64,000 nucleotides of DNA from an uncultured Bacteroidia bacterium (GCA_902781705.1 CACZKE010000010.1:31360-95359), one strand, 5' to 3'. Positions 9,363 through 18,739 are shown, numbered from the stretch's first letter. Program-made: numbers and translations. Notes: generated by a model not told the origin, from the sequence alone.

Positions 9363-11285
9363 ATGACAGAAAGACCTACGATTATCGACTTCGTGGAGAA
9401 GTACTCCCGGCAGTTCGCCGACCATGTGTACCTCCGCGAAAAAGTCGATGGCACCTGGCGTGAGATCACCCAGGAACAGACCCGTAACGAGGCCTACCGC
9501 ATCGGCGCCGGCCTGATTTCCCTCGGCCTGCAGAAAGGTGACAAGATCGCCCTCCTTTCCGAGAGCCGTGCGATGTGGATCATGGCCGAACTCGGTGCCC
9601 TGTACGCCGGGGCGACCGACGTCCCCCTCTCCGTGAACCTCGGGGAAGGGAAGGACCTCGTCTTCCGCATCAACCATTCCGAGTCCAAGTGGATCTTCGT
9701 TTCGGGCAACCACCTGCCCAAGATCCGCGCCATCCTTCCGGAGTGCCCGGACGTGGAAAAGGTCATCGTCTTCGATGACAACGCTTTCGACTACGACAAG
9801 CTCGGGGAGAAGGAGATCCGGATGTCCGAGATCCAGAAGATGGGCGACGAGTTCCTGAAGGCCCACATGGACGAGTTCGTGGCCCGCTACAAGTCCATCG
9901 GCCCGGACGATTATGCCAACATTTCCTACACCTCCGGCACCACGGCGGATCCGAAGGGTATCCTCCTGACGCACCGGAACTACACGGCCAACGTGGCCCA
10001 GGGCAACTCCGTCATCTCCATCGGCGAGAACGAGGTGATGCTCATCATCCTCCCGCTGGACCACTGTTTCGCGCACGTGGCGGGCATGTACACGATGATG
10101 TACTACGGCGGTTCCATCGCCTTCGTGCCCATCGGCAAGAACGCCCTCGCCACCCTGCGGAACGTTCCGGCCGCCATTGCGGAGACGCGTCCGCACGTGA
10201 TGCTGTCCGTACCGGCCCTGGCCCGCAACTTCAAGAAGAACATCGAAGGCGGCATCAAGAAGCAGGGTCCGAAGGTGGAGAAACTCTTCAACTTCGCCCT
10301 TCAGAACGCCATCAAGTACAACAAGGAATACTACAACCGCGGCACCGGCGGAACCTTCTGGCGGAAGCCCCTCGTGGACCTCTTCGACAAGATCCTGTTC
10401 AAGAAGGTGCGCGAGAGTTTCGGCGGTAGGATGAAGTTCTTCGTGGGTGGCGGCGCCCTCCTGGACATCGAGCTCCAGCGCTTCTTCTGCGCCGTGGGCA
10501 TGCCCATGTTCCAGGGCTACGGCCTCACCGAGGCCACCCCGATCATCTGCGCCAATTCCGCGGGCCACGCCCGGTTCGGCTCTTCCGGCCGCCTCGTGAA
10601 GCCCATGGACTGCGTGATCCTGGACGCGGAAGGCAAGGAAGTCCCGCACGGCACCCGCGGCGAGATCGTCATCCGCGGCGAGAACGTGATGGCCGGCTAC
10701 TGGAAGAACCCCAAGGCCACGGCCGACACTGTCATCGACGGCTGGCTCCACACCGGCGACATGGGCTACATCTGCCCGGAAGACCCTGATTTCCTGTATG
10801 TTGTGGGCCGCTTCAAGAGCCTCCTGATCTCCTCCGACGGCGAGAAGTATTCCCCGGAAGGCTTCGAGGACAACCTCACCGAGACGTCCAAGTTTGTCAA
10901 TGCCTGCGTGCTGCATAACAACCAGAACCCGTATTGCGTCGCCCTGATCGTTCCCGACAAGGCCGCGCTGAAGGAAGCCGTGGAAGCCAAGGGACTGGAC
11001 GCCGCATCCGTCGAGGGTCGCAAGGCCATGCTGGACATCCTTCAGGCCGAGGTGGACACCTACAAGAAGGGCGGCAAGCACGAGGGTATGTTCCCGGAGC
11101 GCTGGCTCCCGACTGCCATCGGCATCTGCGACGAGGAATTCACCATCGCCAACAAGATGATGAACTCCACGATGAAGATCGTCCGCGGCAAAGTGGAGGA
11201 GCACTATGCCTCCCTGCTGGATTACCTCTATACCGCCGAGGGCAAGGATATCCGGAACGAACGCAACGTGGAGGCGCTGAAATAG
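9363..11285 (+). CDS. Long-chain fatty acid--CoA ligase (AMP-forming)
   Basis: AMP-binding signature YTSGTTADPKGILLTH, GYGLTE and the later GWLHTGD motif. 640 aa. Confidence 0.88.
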   Translation: MTERPTIIDFVEKYSRQFADHVYLREKVDGTWREITQEQTRNEAYRIGAGLISLGLQKGDKIALLSESRAMWIMAELGALYAGATDVPLSVNLGEGKDLVFRINHSESKWIFVSGNHLPKIRAILPECPDVEKVIVFDDNAFDYDKLGEKEIRMSEIQKMGDEFLKAHMDEFVARYKSIGPDDYANISYTSGTTADPKGILLTHRNYTANVAQGNSVISIGENEVMLIILPLDHCFAHVAGMYTMMYYGGSIAFVPIGKNALATLRNVPAAIAETRPHVMLSVPALARNFKKNIEGGIKKQGPKVEKLFNFALQNAIKYNKEYYNRGTGGTFWRKPLVDLFDKILFKKVRESFGGRMKFFVGGGALLDIELQRFFCAVGMPMFQGYGLTEATPIICANSAGHARFGSSGRLVKPMDCVILDAEGKEVPHGTRGEIVIRGENVMAGYWKNPKATADTVIDGWLHTGDMGYICPEDPDFLYVVGRFKSLLISSDGEKYSPEGFEDNLTETSKFVNACVLHNNQNPYCVALIVPDKAALKEAVEAKGLDAASVEGRKAMLDILQAEVDTYKKGGKHEGMFPERWLPTAIGICDEEFTIANKMMNSTMKIVRGKVEEHYASLLDYLYTAEGKDIRNERNVEALK

Positions 11286-11304
11286 CCTCCTGTCGCATCT
11301 CTTA

Positions 11305-11336
11305 AGCCCGGCTCGTCATGAGACCGGGCTTTTTTT
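11305..11336 (+). terminator. Rho-independent terminator after the acyl-CoA ligase gene
   Basis: AGCCCGG-(12 nt)-CCGGGCT stem followed by TTTTTTT. Confidence 0.7.
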
Positions 11337-11437
11337 GTACAAGGTGTGATTTCAAGCGGCACACCATGTACGTGAAAACCGTTTGTAGTCCATTTTCTTG
11401 TACAAGATGTCACATCTGAAATCACACCTTGTACAGG
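11333..11437 (+). repeat. REPIN-like double-hairpin repeat, copy B
   Basis: Hairpin 1 at 11337-11371 (GTACAAGGTGTG...CACACCATGTAC) and hairpin 2 at 11400-11434 (GTACAAGATGTC...CACACCTTGTAC). The RAYT-like gene's stop codon (11422-11424) lies inside hairpin 2. Confidence 0.85.
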
Positions 11438-12354
11438 ATGGCCTGAATCTCTTCCCGTTTCATCCCGAAGATGCGGGCGAGTTGCGCGACCGTCGTTTTC
11501 CGAGTCCGGTGGAAATAGGGAATGATGCGCATTTTCTGAAGGCGTGACAAAAACGCAGTCTCCAGACCGAACCAGCGGCGCGCCACTTCTGAGGCATCCT
11601 GGACCACTTCGCTGTCCGGACGGAACGTTCGTGGGGCATCCACCAGTTTTTCACGCATCTCCGCCGCGTTCAAGGTGCCGATGGTCCGGATGAAATAGGA
11701 CTGGTCGTGATTGAAAGCCTGCTCCAGGTATTCCGTGTCGCAGAAACTATCCGGGACCAGATGCCCGTCCGCATCCATCAGCCAAGGTACATCCGAAAGG
11801 TCATCTCCGGTGTGGAAATACGCCCGGCACTCGCGCCGGGTCATGTCCCGGACCCGCCAGGGTGGTCCTTTCCCTTTCGCCGAACTACCCGTTTTCTCCT
11901 TGCGGAACATGGCGGGGTAGCCTGACCAGGGATAATCATTGACATTGCAACCGTTGTCCAATGCGTTTCTCGGGACATACGCCAAGGTGTTCCGGACATA
12001 CCAGTCGGAGTCCAGGAGAAAGGCCTTCATGTCCGTCCGACGGAGGATCTTCCTTTCTCCGTACCGTCGGGAGATCCACATGGATGCCATGCGTTTCACC
12101 TCTTCACCATAGGCATCGGCATCCTCCTGGCAGGATGCCAGGACGGTAACGTGGCTATGGTTGGAGACCACGGTATAAATGACCACAATGACATTCTTCC
12201 GGCGTGAGGCGACGGCAATAACCTTGACAAAAGCATCATAATCATCGTCGTCACGACATAACACGGCACATTCCAGTCCTTCCAGGCATACATGGTACGG
12301 CTGGACATAACGGATGCTCCCATCCGGGAGCACCCGCGAGACGATACGCTTCAT
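11422..12354 (-). CDS. REP-associated tyrosine transposase-like protein (IS200/Y1 HUH fold) with an extra C-terminal helix-turn-helix-like region
   Basis: HxH motif in VVSNHSHVTVL. Downstream pattern AYVPRNALDNGCNVNDYPWSGY matches the Y-x3-N...DYPWS signature of COG1943/RAYT proteins. 310 aa. Flanked by REPIN copies B and C. Confidence 0.75.
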   Translation of the reverse strand: MKRIVSRVLPDGSIRYVQPYHVCLEGLECAVLCRDDDDYDAFVKVIAVASRRKNVIVVIYTVVSNHSHVTVLASCQEDADAYGEEVKRMASMWISRRYGERKILRRTDMKAFLLDSDWYVRNTLAYVPRNALDNGCNVNDYPWSGYPAMFRKEKTGSSAKGKGPPWRVRDMTRRECRAYFHTGDDLSDVPWLMDADGHLVPDSFCDTEYLEQAFNHDQSYFIRTIGTLNAAEMREKLVDAPRTFRPDSEVVQDASEVARRWFGLETAFLSRLQKMRIIPYFHRTRKTTVAQLARIFGMKREEIQAILYKV

Positions 12355-12357
12355 CGG

Positions 12358-12711
12358 CTAGCTCCTGCTTTTGGGTGGAGCGACGCCGGGGCCGAAGACC
12401 ATCACCTTTCCGCCTGTTTCCTCGAAAGCCTTGCGGGCGGCTTGGAGGGAATCCGCCAGGCCGGCCGAGGCTTCATTCAGGAAACCGACCATCTGGCGGC
12501 GGTTCACGCTGACGCCGAGATCCGAGATGGCCAGCGCCCGGATCATCGCCAGGACGGCCTGCTCGTTGCCTCCCCAGAGGGTCGTCATCATGGCCATGGC
12601 CAGTTCGATGACGGTTTGGTGGATGATGGACGGATCCTTGGAAGGATCGATATCCGTGTGGAAACGGATGTCATTTTCTCCGTAACGGAGCACTTCAAGA
12701 ATTTTCTTCAT
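12358..12711 (-). CDS. Hypothetical 117-aa protein co-transcribed with the RAYT-like gene
   Basis: ATG 12711 (MKKILEVLRYGENDIRFHTD...). Its stop is 3 nt before the RAYT ATG. I recognise no motif. The longer ORF start (12876) would run through REPIN copy C. Confidence 0.6.
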   Translation of the reverse strand: MKKILEVLRYGENDIRFHTDIDPSKDPSIIHQTVIELAMAMMTTLWGGNEQAVLAMIRALAISDLGVSVNRRQMVGFLNEASAGLADSLQAARKAFEETGGKVMVFGPGVAPPKSRS

Positions 12712-12793
12712 GACGCACAAATCTTTCAACGCTTCGGCGAAAATAGCACATCCTTGAGTGAAATCCAAATCTTTTCCACCGAGGAAGACGCAC

Positions 12794-12898
12794 TTTTGTA
12801 CAAGGTGTGTTTTCATGTGTGACATCTTGTACGCGGGAAGGCCCTCCACGCAAGTTTTGCGTACAAGATGTGTCACCTGAAATCATACCTTGCACAAA
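12794..12898 (+). repeat. REPIN-like double-hairpin repeat, copy C
   Basis: Hairpin 1 at 12798-12832 (GTACAAGGTGTG...GACATCTTGTAC) and hairpin 2 at 12861-12895 (GTACAAGATGTG...CATACCTTGCAC). Confidence 0.85.
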
Positions 12899-12954
12899 AT
12901 CGTCCTCACGGCCAAATATTTGCAGAAAGATTTGGCCGTTCCGGAAAAACAATC

Positions 12955-12962
12955 TATATTTG
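12955..12962 (+). promoter_or_regulatory. -7 box (TATATTTG) for the ABC efflux operon
   Basis: TAnnTTTG match, 30 nt upstream of ATG 12992. Confidence 0.5.
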
Positions 12963-12991
12963 CAGTGTAATAGCATACTAATACACACGAA

Positions 12992-13705
12992 ATGCTGATC
13001 GAACTCAAGGGCGTCAACAAGACGTACGACAACGGACAGCCCCTGCACGTGCTCAAGGGGATCGACCTCGCCATCGAACGGGGCGAGTTCGTGTCCATCA
13101 TGGGCGCGTCCGGTTCCGGGAAGTCCACCCTCCTCAATATCCTGGGCATCCTGGACAATTATGATACCGGCGAATACTGGCTGGACGGGAAGCTTATCCG
13201 GGACCTGAGCGAAAAGACGGCGGCGGACTACCGCAACCGGATGATCGGATTCGTGTTCCAAAGTTTCAACCTGATCAGCTTCAAGACCGCGGTGGAGAAC
13301 GTGGAGCTTCCCCTTTATTATCAAGGAGTTCCGCGAAAGAAGCGGCACGAGATGGCCATGGAATACCTGGAGAAACTGGGACTCACGGACTGGGCCTCCC
13401 ACTTCCCCAACGAGATGTCCGGCGGCCAGAAGCAGCGCGTCGCCATCGCCCGCGCCCTCATCACCCGCCCGCAGATCATCCTGGCGGACGAGCCCACAGG
13501 CGCGCTCGACTCCAAGACCAGCGTGGAAGTGATGCAACTGCTCAAACGCCTCAACCAGGAGGAAGGGATGACCATCATCGTGGTCACGCACGAAAGCGGC
13601 GTCGCCAACGAAACGGACAAGATCATCCACATCAAGGACGGGGTGATCGGGGAGATCGAAGAGAATAAGGGACATGACGCCTGGGGCGGGCCGATGATGA
13701 AGTAG
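12992..13705 (+). CDS. ABC transporter ATP-binding protein (MacB/LolD type)
   Basis: Walker A GASGSGKST, signature MSGGQKQRV, Walker B ILADEPT. Confidence 0.92.
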   Translation: MLIELKGVNKTYDNGQPLHVLKGIDLAIERGEFVSIMGASGSGKSTLLNILGILDNYDTGEYWLDGKLIRDLSEKTAADYRNRMIGFVFQSFNLISFKTAVENVELPLYYQGVPRKKRHEMAMEYLEKLGLTDWASHFPNEMSGGQKQRVAIARALITRPQIILADEPTGALDSKTSVEVMQLLKRLNQEEGMTIIVVTHESGVANETDKIIHIKDGVIGEIEENKGHDAWGGPMMK

Positions 13706-13775
13706 ATTTCTCGACTTCGCTCGAAATGACAAAGGCACGCTCGAAATGACAAAGGCACACTCGAAATGACGATTT
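13704..13775 (+). repeat. 27-nt repeat family, intergenic copy with tandem expansion
   Basis: AGATTTCTCGACTTCGCTCGAAATGACA followed by 2.6 tandem copies of a 20-bp unit (GCTCGAAATGACAAAGGCAC) at 13719-13770. Confidence 0.85.
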
Positions 13776-13779
13776 GACA

Positions 13780-15042
13780 ATGAGGGAGTTATTCCACGAA
13801 ATAGCCTCGACGCTGCGGAACAACAAACTCCGGACGGCCCTCACGGGCTTCGCCGTGAGTTGGGGCATCTTCCTGCTGATCTGCCTGCTGGGTGCTGGGA
13901 ACGGGCTCATGAATTCCTTCTTCGGAAACATGGAACAGTATGTGAGCCAGAGCATTACCGTGGAAGGTTGGCGTACGTCCATGCCTTACAACGGCTACAA
14001 GGAGAACCGGGAGATCAAACTGGACCAGCGCGACGTCCGCCTCACCGAGAGCGGGCAGTGGGGCGCCGAAATCGGCAACATCTCCACATCGACCTCCTCC
14101 ACCAGCGTCACCCTGAGCCTGGACGGGCAGACGGTGAACGGCTGGCTCCTCGGCGCCATGCCGGGATACCGGGAGCAGCAGAAACTGCAACTGTGGAAGG
14201 GCCGGTTCCTGAATCCGGACGACCTGAAGGAAAAGCGGAAAGTCATCGTCATCAACACCGCCCAGGCCAAGGAACTGAATCCGAAATCGCCCGAATCGGT
14301 CCTGGGCCGATGGGTGGCCGCGGGGCCCATTTCCTACCGCGTCGTAGGCATCTATCACACGGACGAGACCAGTTTCAACCGCAGTTGTCCCATCCCCTAC
14401 AGCACCTACAAGGGCATCTACGACAGTTCCGACAAGATCGAACAGATCTCCTTCTCCGTCAGCGGTCCCGTCACCCTGGAGGAACACGAGGCCTTCGAAA
14501 AGCAGTACGCCGGGGCCATCAAGCGGGTCCACGACATCGCACCGGAGGACCGGCGGGGCATCTGGATCAACAATGGCTACACCGAGAACATGCAGATGAA
14601 CAAGGCGGGACGCATCATCCGCACCGCCCTGTGGATCCTGGGCCTCCTGACCCTCGTGAGCGGCATCGTGGGCGTTTCCAACATCATGCTCATCACCGTG
14701 AAGGAGCGCACCCACGAGTTCGGCATCCGGAAGGCCATCGGCGCCCGTCCGGGGGAAATCCTGAAACTCATCATCGCCGAAAGCATCACCATCACGGCCC
14801 TGTTCGGCTACGTGGGGATGTTCCTCGGCATGGTCGCCTGCCAGGTCATGGACAAGACCGTGGGCCAGCAGGCCGTGGACATCGGCGTGGAGAAAATCCA
14901 GATGCTGGTAAACCCCTCTGTGGGCCTGGACGTCGCCCTGGAGGCCACCCTCCTCCTGATCGTGGCCGGCACCCTGGCCGGCATCATTCCGGCGTGGAAA
15001 GCCGCCCGTGTCAAACCCATTGAAGCCCTGCGCGCGGAATGA
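13780..15042 (+). CDS. ABC transporter permease (MacB-like periplasmic domain + FtsX)
   Basis: N-terminal TM helix, large periplasmic domain and C-terminal FtsX-type helices (ERTHEFGIRKAIGA). ATG 13780 is preferred to the TTG at 13774. Confidence 0.88.
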   Translation: MRELFHEIASTLRNNKLRTALTGFAVSWGIFLLICLLGAGNGLMNSFFGNMEQYVSQSITVEGWRTSMPYNGYKENREIKLDQRDVRLTESGQWGAEIGNISTSTSSTSVTLSLDGQTVNGWLLGAMPGYREQQKLQLWKGRFLNPDDLKEKRKVIVINTAQAKELNPKSPESVLGRWVAAGPISYRVVGIYHTDETSFNRSCPIPYSTYKGIYDSSDKIEQISFSVSGPVTLEEHEAFEKQYAGAIKRVHDIAPEDRRGIWINNGYTENMQMNKAGRIIRTALWILGLLTLVSGIVGVSNIMLITVKERTHEFGIRKAIGARPGEILKLIIAESITITALFGYVGMFLGMVACQVMDKTVGQQAVDIGVEKIQMLVNPSVGLDVALEATLLLIVAGTLAGIIPAWKAARVKPIEALRAE

Positions 15043-16286
15043 GAATCGACCGAGACACCTTCCGGGAAATCCTGGACAGCATCACCCGCAACCGCAGCCG
15101 CAGCATCCTGACCGGCTTCGGCGTCTTCTGGGGCATCTTCATGCTGATGCTCCTGGTGGGCGGCGGGCAGGGCCTGAAGGACCTCCTCATGCAGAACTTC
15201 GAAGGGTTCGCCCAGAACACCTGCATCATCGCCACGAACAGCACGTCCAAACCCTACAAGGGTTTCAAGAAAGGAAGAACCTGGAACCTCGAGTATGCCG
15301 ATGTGGACCGCCTCAAGACCCTCGTCCCCGAACTGGAGACCGTCACTCCCTCGGTCAGTCTCTGGGGCAAGACCGTCGTCCACGGGGAGAACACCTATTC
15401 CCGCGGCATCGTCAAGGGAGCGCGGGCGGATTATGTCCATATCGAAACGCCCAAGATGAAATACGGCCGCTACCTCAACGAGGCCGACAACCTCCAGGAG
15501 AGAAAGGTCTGCGTCATCGGCAAACGGGTCTATGAGAACCTGTTCCCGGAAGGCGGCAGCCCGCTGGGCGAACGGATTTCGGTCGATGGAAGTTACTACA
15601 CCGTCATCGGCGTGGACTGGGCCACCGGCGGCATCAGCATCAACGGCGATGCGGCCGACGCCGTCACCATCCCCATCAACCAGGCCCGCAAGGCCTATAA
15701 CCTGGGAAACACCATCCATCTGCTCTGCTTCACAGCCAAGGAAGGAATCACCATGAGCGACGTCACCCCGCGCGTGCGGGAAATCGTCGCCCGCAGCCAC
15801 TATGTCGATCCCACGGACGAGCAGGCCCTGTTCCTGCTGAACACCCAGCTCATCTTCGGCATCGTGGACAACCTCTTCCGGGGAATCAATTTCCTGATCT
15901 GGCTCATCGGCCTGGGTACGCTTCTGGCAGGCATCATCGGCGTATCCAACATCATGATGGTCTCCGTGAAGGAACGCACGACCGAGATCGGCATCCGCCG
16001 GGCCATCGGCGCCACCCCGAACCAGATCCTCGGGCAGATCATCTCCGAAAGCATCGTCCTCACCCTCGTGGCCGGGATGATGGGCATCGTTTTCAGCGTC
16101 CTCATCCTCGCCGGCGTGGAACTGGCGATGACCGAGGACGGCATCCTCAAGGCGGCCTTCCAGGTTCCCTTCGGGACCGCGGTACTCGCCGCCCTCCTCC
16201 TCACCGCCCTCGGCGTCCTGGCCGGCCTCGCCCCCGCCCTCCGCGCCATGGGCATCAAACCCGTCGATGCCATGCGTGACGAATAA
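15039..16286 (+). CDS. ABC transporter permease (MacB-like periplasmic domain + FtsX), second copy
   Basis: Same architecture (ERTTEIGIRRAIGA). ATGA overlap with the previous gene. Confidence 0.88.
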   Translation: MRIDRDTFREILDSITRNRSRSILTGFGVFWGIFMLMLLVGGGQGLKDLLMQNFEGFAQNTCIIATNSTSKPYKGFKKGRTWNLEYADVDRLKTLVPELETVTPSVSLWGKTVVHGENTYSRGIVKGARADYVHIETPKMKYGRYLNEADNLQERKVCVIGKRVYENLFPEGGSPLGERISVDGSYYTVIGVDWATGGISINGDAADAVTIPINQARKAYNLGNTIHLLCFTAKEGITMSDVTPRVREIVARSHYVDPTDEQALFLLNTQLIFGIVDNLFRGINFLIWLIGLGTLLAGIIGVSNIMMVSVKERTTEIGIRRAIGATPNQILGQIISESIVLTLVAGMMGIVFSVLILAGVELAMTEDGILKAAFQVPFGTAVLAALLLTALGVLAGLAPALRAMGIKPVDAMRDE

Positions 16287-16299
16287 TAAAACACACTAT

Positions 16300-17391
16300 A
16301 TGAAAAAATTCGGTAAATACCTGGTATTCATCCTCATCGCCCTCGTCGTCGCGGGCACCTTCGCCTACCTGTTCAAACGGTCCAGGCCGCAGGAAATCCG
16401 CTACGAGGAACTCACCGCCGAGGTGGCCGACATCGTGAAATCGACCGTCGTCACCGGCAAGGTCCAGCCCCGCGACGAGGTGAACGTGAAGCCCCAGATC
16501 AGCGGCATCATCGCCGAACTGTACAAGGAGGCCGGACAGCCCGTCAAGGAAGGCGAGATCATCGCCAAGCTCAAGGTCATCCCGGACATGTCGTCCCTGA
16601 GTTCGGCTCAGAGCCGCGTCCGCCTCTCGGAAGTGAACCTGAAGCAGGCCCGGACCAACTTCGACCGCGAGAAGGCCCTCTACGACAAGCAACTCGTGAG
16701 CGCCGACGAGTACGACAAGGTCGTCCAGGCCCTCCGGCAGGCGGAGGAGGAACTCAAGGCCGCGAAGGAGACCCTGGAGATCGTCCGGGATGGCGTTTCC
16801 TCGTCCAACAAGTCCGGCAGTTCCACCCTCATCCGTTCCTCCGTCTCGGGCCTCATCCTGGACATCCCCGTGAAGGTGGGCAACACCGTCATCAACTCCA
16901 ACTCCTTCAACGACGGTACGACCATCGCCACGGTGGCCGACATGGACGACCTCATCTTCGACGGGAACATCGACGAAACGGAGGTCGGCCGCCTGTCCGT
17001 CGGAATGCCGGTGAAGATCACCGTCGGCGCCCTGCAGGACGTGGTGATTGACGCCAACCTCGAATACATCGCCCCGAAGGCGACGGAGTCCGGCGGAACC
17101 AACCTGTTCGAAATCAAGGCCTCCCTGCAGGTTCCGGAAGGCATCACCGTCCGCTCCGGCTACAGCGCCAATGCTGAAATCGTCCTCCAGACGGCCGCCC
17201 AGGTGATCTCCATCGCCGAAAGCGCCCTGCAGTTCGATGGCGACCAGACCTATGTCTATGTCCTCGGCGACAACGGCTACGAGCGCCGCGACGTCAAGAC
17301 CGGCCTCTCCGACGGAGTGAACATCGAAATCAAGGAAGGCCTCTCCCTCGGGGAGAAGGTCCGCGGCAACCAAATCATCGGAGAGAAATGA
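16300..17391 (+). CDS. Efflux periplasmic adaptor subunit (HlyD/MFP family)
   Basis: Signal anchor MKKFGKYLVFILIALVVAG, central coiled-coil region and beta-barrel region. Operon position between the permeases and TolC. Confidence 0.85.
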   Translation: MKKFGKYLVFILIALVVAGTFAYLFKRSRPQEIRYEELTAEVADIVKSTVVTGKVQPRDEVNVKPQISGIIAELYKEAGQPVKEGEIIAKLKVIPDMSSLSSAQSRVRLSEVNLKQARTNFDREKALYDKQLVSADEYDKVVQALRQAEEELKAAKETLEIVRDGVSSSNKSGSSTLIRSSVSGLILDIPVKVGNTVINSNSFNDGTTIATVADMDDLIFDGNIDETEVGRLSVGMPVKITVGALQDVVIDANLEYIAPKATESGGTNLFEIKASLQVPEGITVRSGYSANAEIVLQTAAQVISIAESALQFDGDQTYVYVLGDNGYERRDVKTGLSDGVNIEIKEGLSLGEKVRGNQIIGEK

Positions 17392-18716
17392 GGAAGCTGT
17401 TGACACTCACCGTCCTGCTCATGCCGATGGCCCTGCAGGCGCAGGACCTCTCCCGTCCATGGACGCTGCAGGAGTGCCTGGACTGGGCCCTGGAGCACAA
17501 CCTGACCATCAAGCAGGGTGAGAACGCTGTCGCCCAGCAGGAAATCCGGCTGAATACGGCGAAAAACGCCTACTTTCCCACCGTCAGCGGATCTGCCAAC
17601 GAGAGCGTGAACTTCGGCCGCGGCCTGACTTCGGACAACACCTACACCACCGGATCCACCACGACGAATACGAGTTTCTCCATCGGCGCAGGTCTCAACC
17701 TGTTCGACGGCATGGCCCGCCCGAACAACATCAAACTTTCGCAGTTGAACCTGGACGCCGCCGTAGCCGACCTGGAACGCGCCCGGGACGATATCCGGGT
17801 CGCCGTCGCCAAGGCCTACGTCCAGGCGGTCTATGACTACGACATCCTGGACGTCGCCCGCGAGCAGGTGGAGCTGGACAGGCAGCAGGTAGCGCGGCTG
17901 GAAGCGATGGTGGAAAACGGAAAGGCCTCGCAGGCGGAACTGTCGGCCCAGAAAGCCACGCTCGCCCAAAGCGAATACACCCTCGTGCAGGCGGAAAACG
18001 GCCTGCGCAGCGCCCTGCTGGACCTTTCGCAGCTGCTGGACTTCCCGACGGCGGACGGTTTCGGGATCGTCAAGCCCGAGATTGCCGTCGGCGACCACCT
18101 CATCGCCCGGCCCGAGGACATCTACGCCGAGGCCGTGGAGCGGCGTCCGGGCATCCGGGCCGAACAGCTCCGCCTGGACGGGACCGACCTCTCCATCAGA
18201 ATCGCCAAGGCCGGCTGGTCCCCCACCCTGTCGCTGAGCGGCGGCATGGGCACGAGTTACTACACCAACAGCGGTTCCCTCTACCCCCAGGACGGCTTTT
18301 GGAAACAACTCTCGCACAACTTCAGCCCGTATGTGGGCCTGTCCCTGAACGTTCCGATCTTCGACCGCTTCGGCACCCGCAACAATGTGCGCAGCGCCGT
18401 CCTCAACCGTGAACTGCAGCAGATTACCCTGGACCGGACGCGCCAGAACCTGTACAAGGAAATCCAACAGGCCCATGCCAACGCCCTCGCCGCGGAGGCG
18501 AAATACCGCTCCGCCACGGAAGCGACCGCCGCGGCCGAGGACGCCTTCGCCCTCTCCACCGCCAAGTATGAAAACGGGAAATCTTCCGTCACCGAATACA
18601 ACGAAGCCCGTACCCGCCTCGCCAAAGCCCGGTCCGACAAGGCCCAGGCCGCCTGCGAGTACCTCTTCCAGTCCCGCCTCCTGGACTTCTACCGCGGCGG
18701 GGCGCTGGAATTATAG
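17388..18716 (+). CDS. TolC-family outer membrane efflux protein
   Basis: Signal peptide and two-repeat OEP architecture. 442 aa. ATGA overlap with the adaptor gene. Confidence 0.88.
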   Translation: MRKLLTLTVLLMPMALQAQDLSRPWTLQECLDWALEHNLTIKQGENAVAQQEIRLNTAKNAYFPTVSGSANESVNFGRGLTSDNTYTTGSTTTNTSFSIGAGLNLFDGMARPNNIKLSQLNLDAAVADLERARDDIRVAVAKAYVQAVYDYDILDVAREQVELDRQQVARLEAMVENGKASQAELSAQKATLAQSEYTLVQAENGLRSALLDLSQLLDFPTADGFGIVKPEIAVGDHLIARPEDIYAEAVERRPGIRAEQLRLDGTDLSIRIAKAGWSPTLSLSGGMGTSYYTNSGSLYPQDGFWKQLSHNFSPYVGLSLNVPIFDRFGTRNNVRSAVLNRELQQITLDRTRQNLYKEIQQAHANALAAEAKYRSATEATAAAEDAFALSTAKYENGKSSVTEYNEARTRLAKARSDKAQAACEYLFQSRLLDFYRGGALEL

Positions 18717-18727
18717 GATTATTTCCG

Positions 18728-18735
18728 TATTTTTG
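18728..18735 (+). promoter_or_regulatory. -7 box (TATTTTTG) abutting the polyprenyl synthase start
   Basis: TAnnTTTG match ending 4 nt before ATG 18740. This implies a leaderless transcript. Confidence 0.45.
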
Positions 18736-18739
18736 CAAC

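Noticed and set aside
8670-11204. An 844-aa minus-strand ORF. Similar long antisense ORFs occur at 1708-3066, 4585-6462, 21757-23877, 30447-32678 and 38139-40457.
   Set aside because: All of them mirror well-supported genes (dNK/acyl-CoA ligase, asnS, recJ, phosphatase fusion, rnr, GH92). They have Ala/Gly/Val/Arg/His-rich low-complexity translations typical of antisense frames in high-GC DNA.
12712-12876. An N-terminal extension of the small ORF upstream of the RAYT-like gene (172-aa version).
   Set aside because: The extension would be translated through both hairpins of REPIN copy C and gives an implausible peptide (MTHLVRKTCVEGLPAYKMSHMKTHLVQKC...). The same kind of repeat-derived peptide appears in ORFs crossing the other copies. 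ATG 12711 is preferred.
13719-13770. Tandem 20-bp repeats that might suggest a small CRISPR array.
   Set aside because: There are only 2.6 directly abutting units with no spacers, the period is too short, and no cas genes are present. It is a tandem expansion of the 27-nt repeat family.
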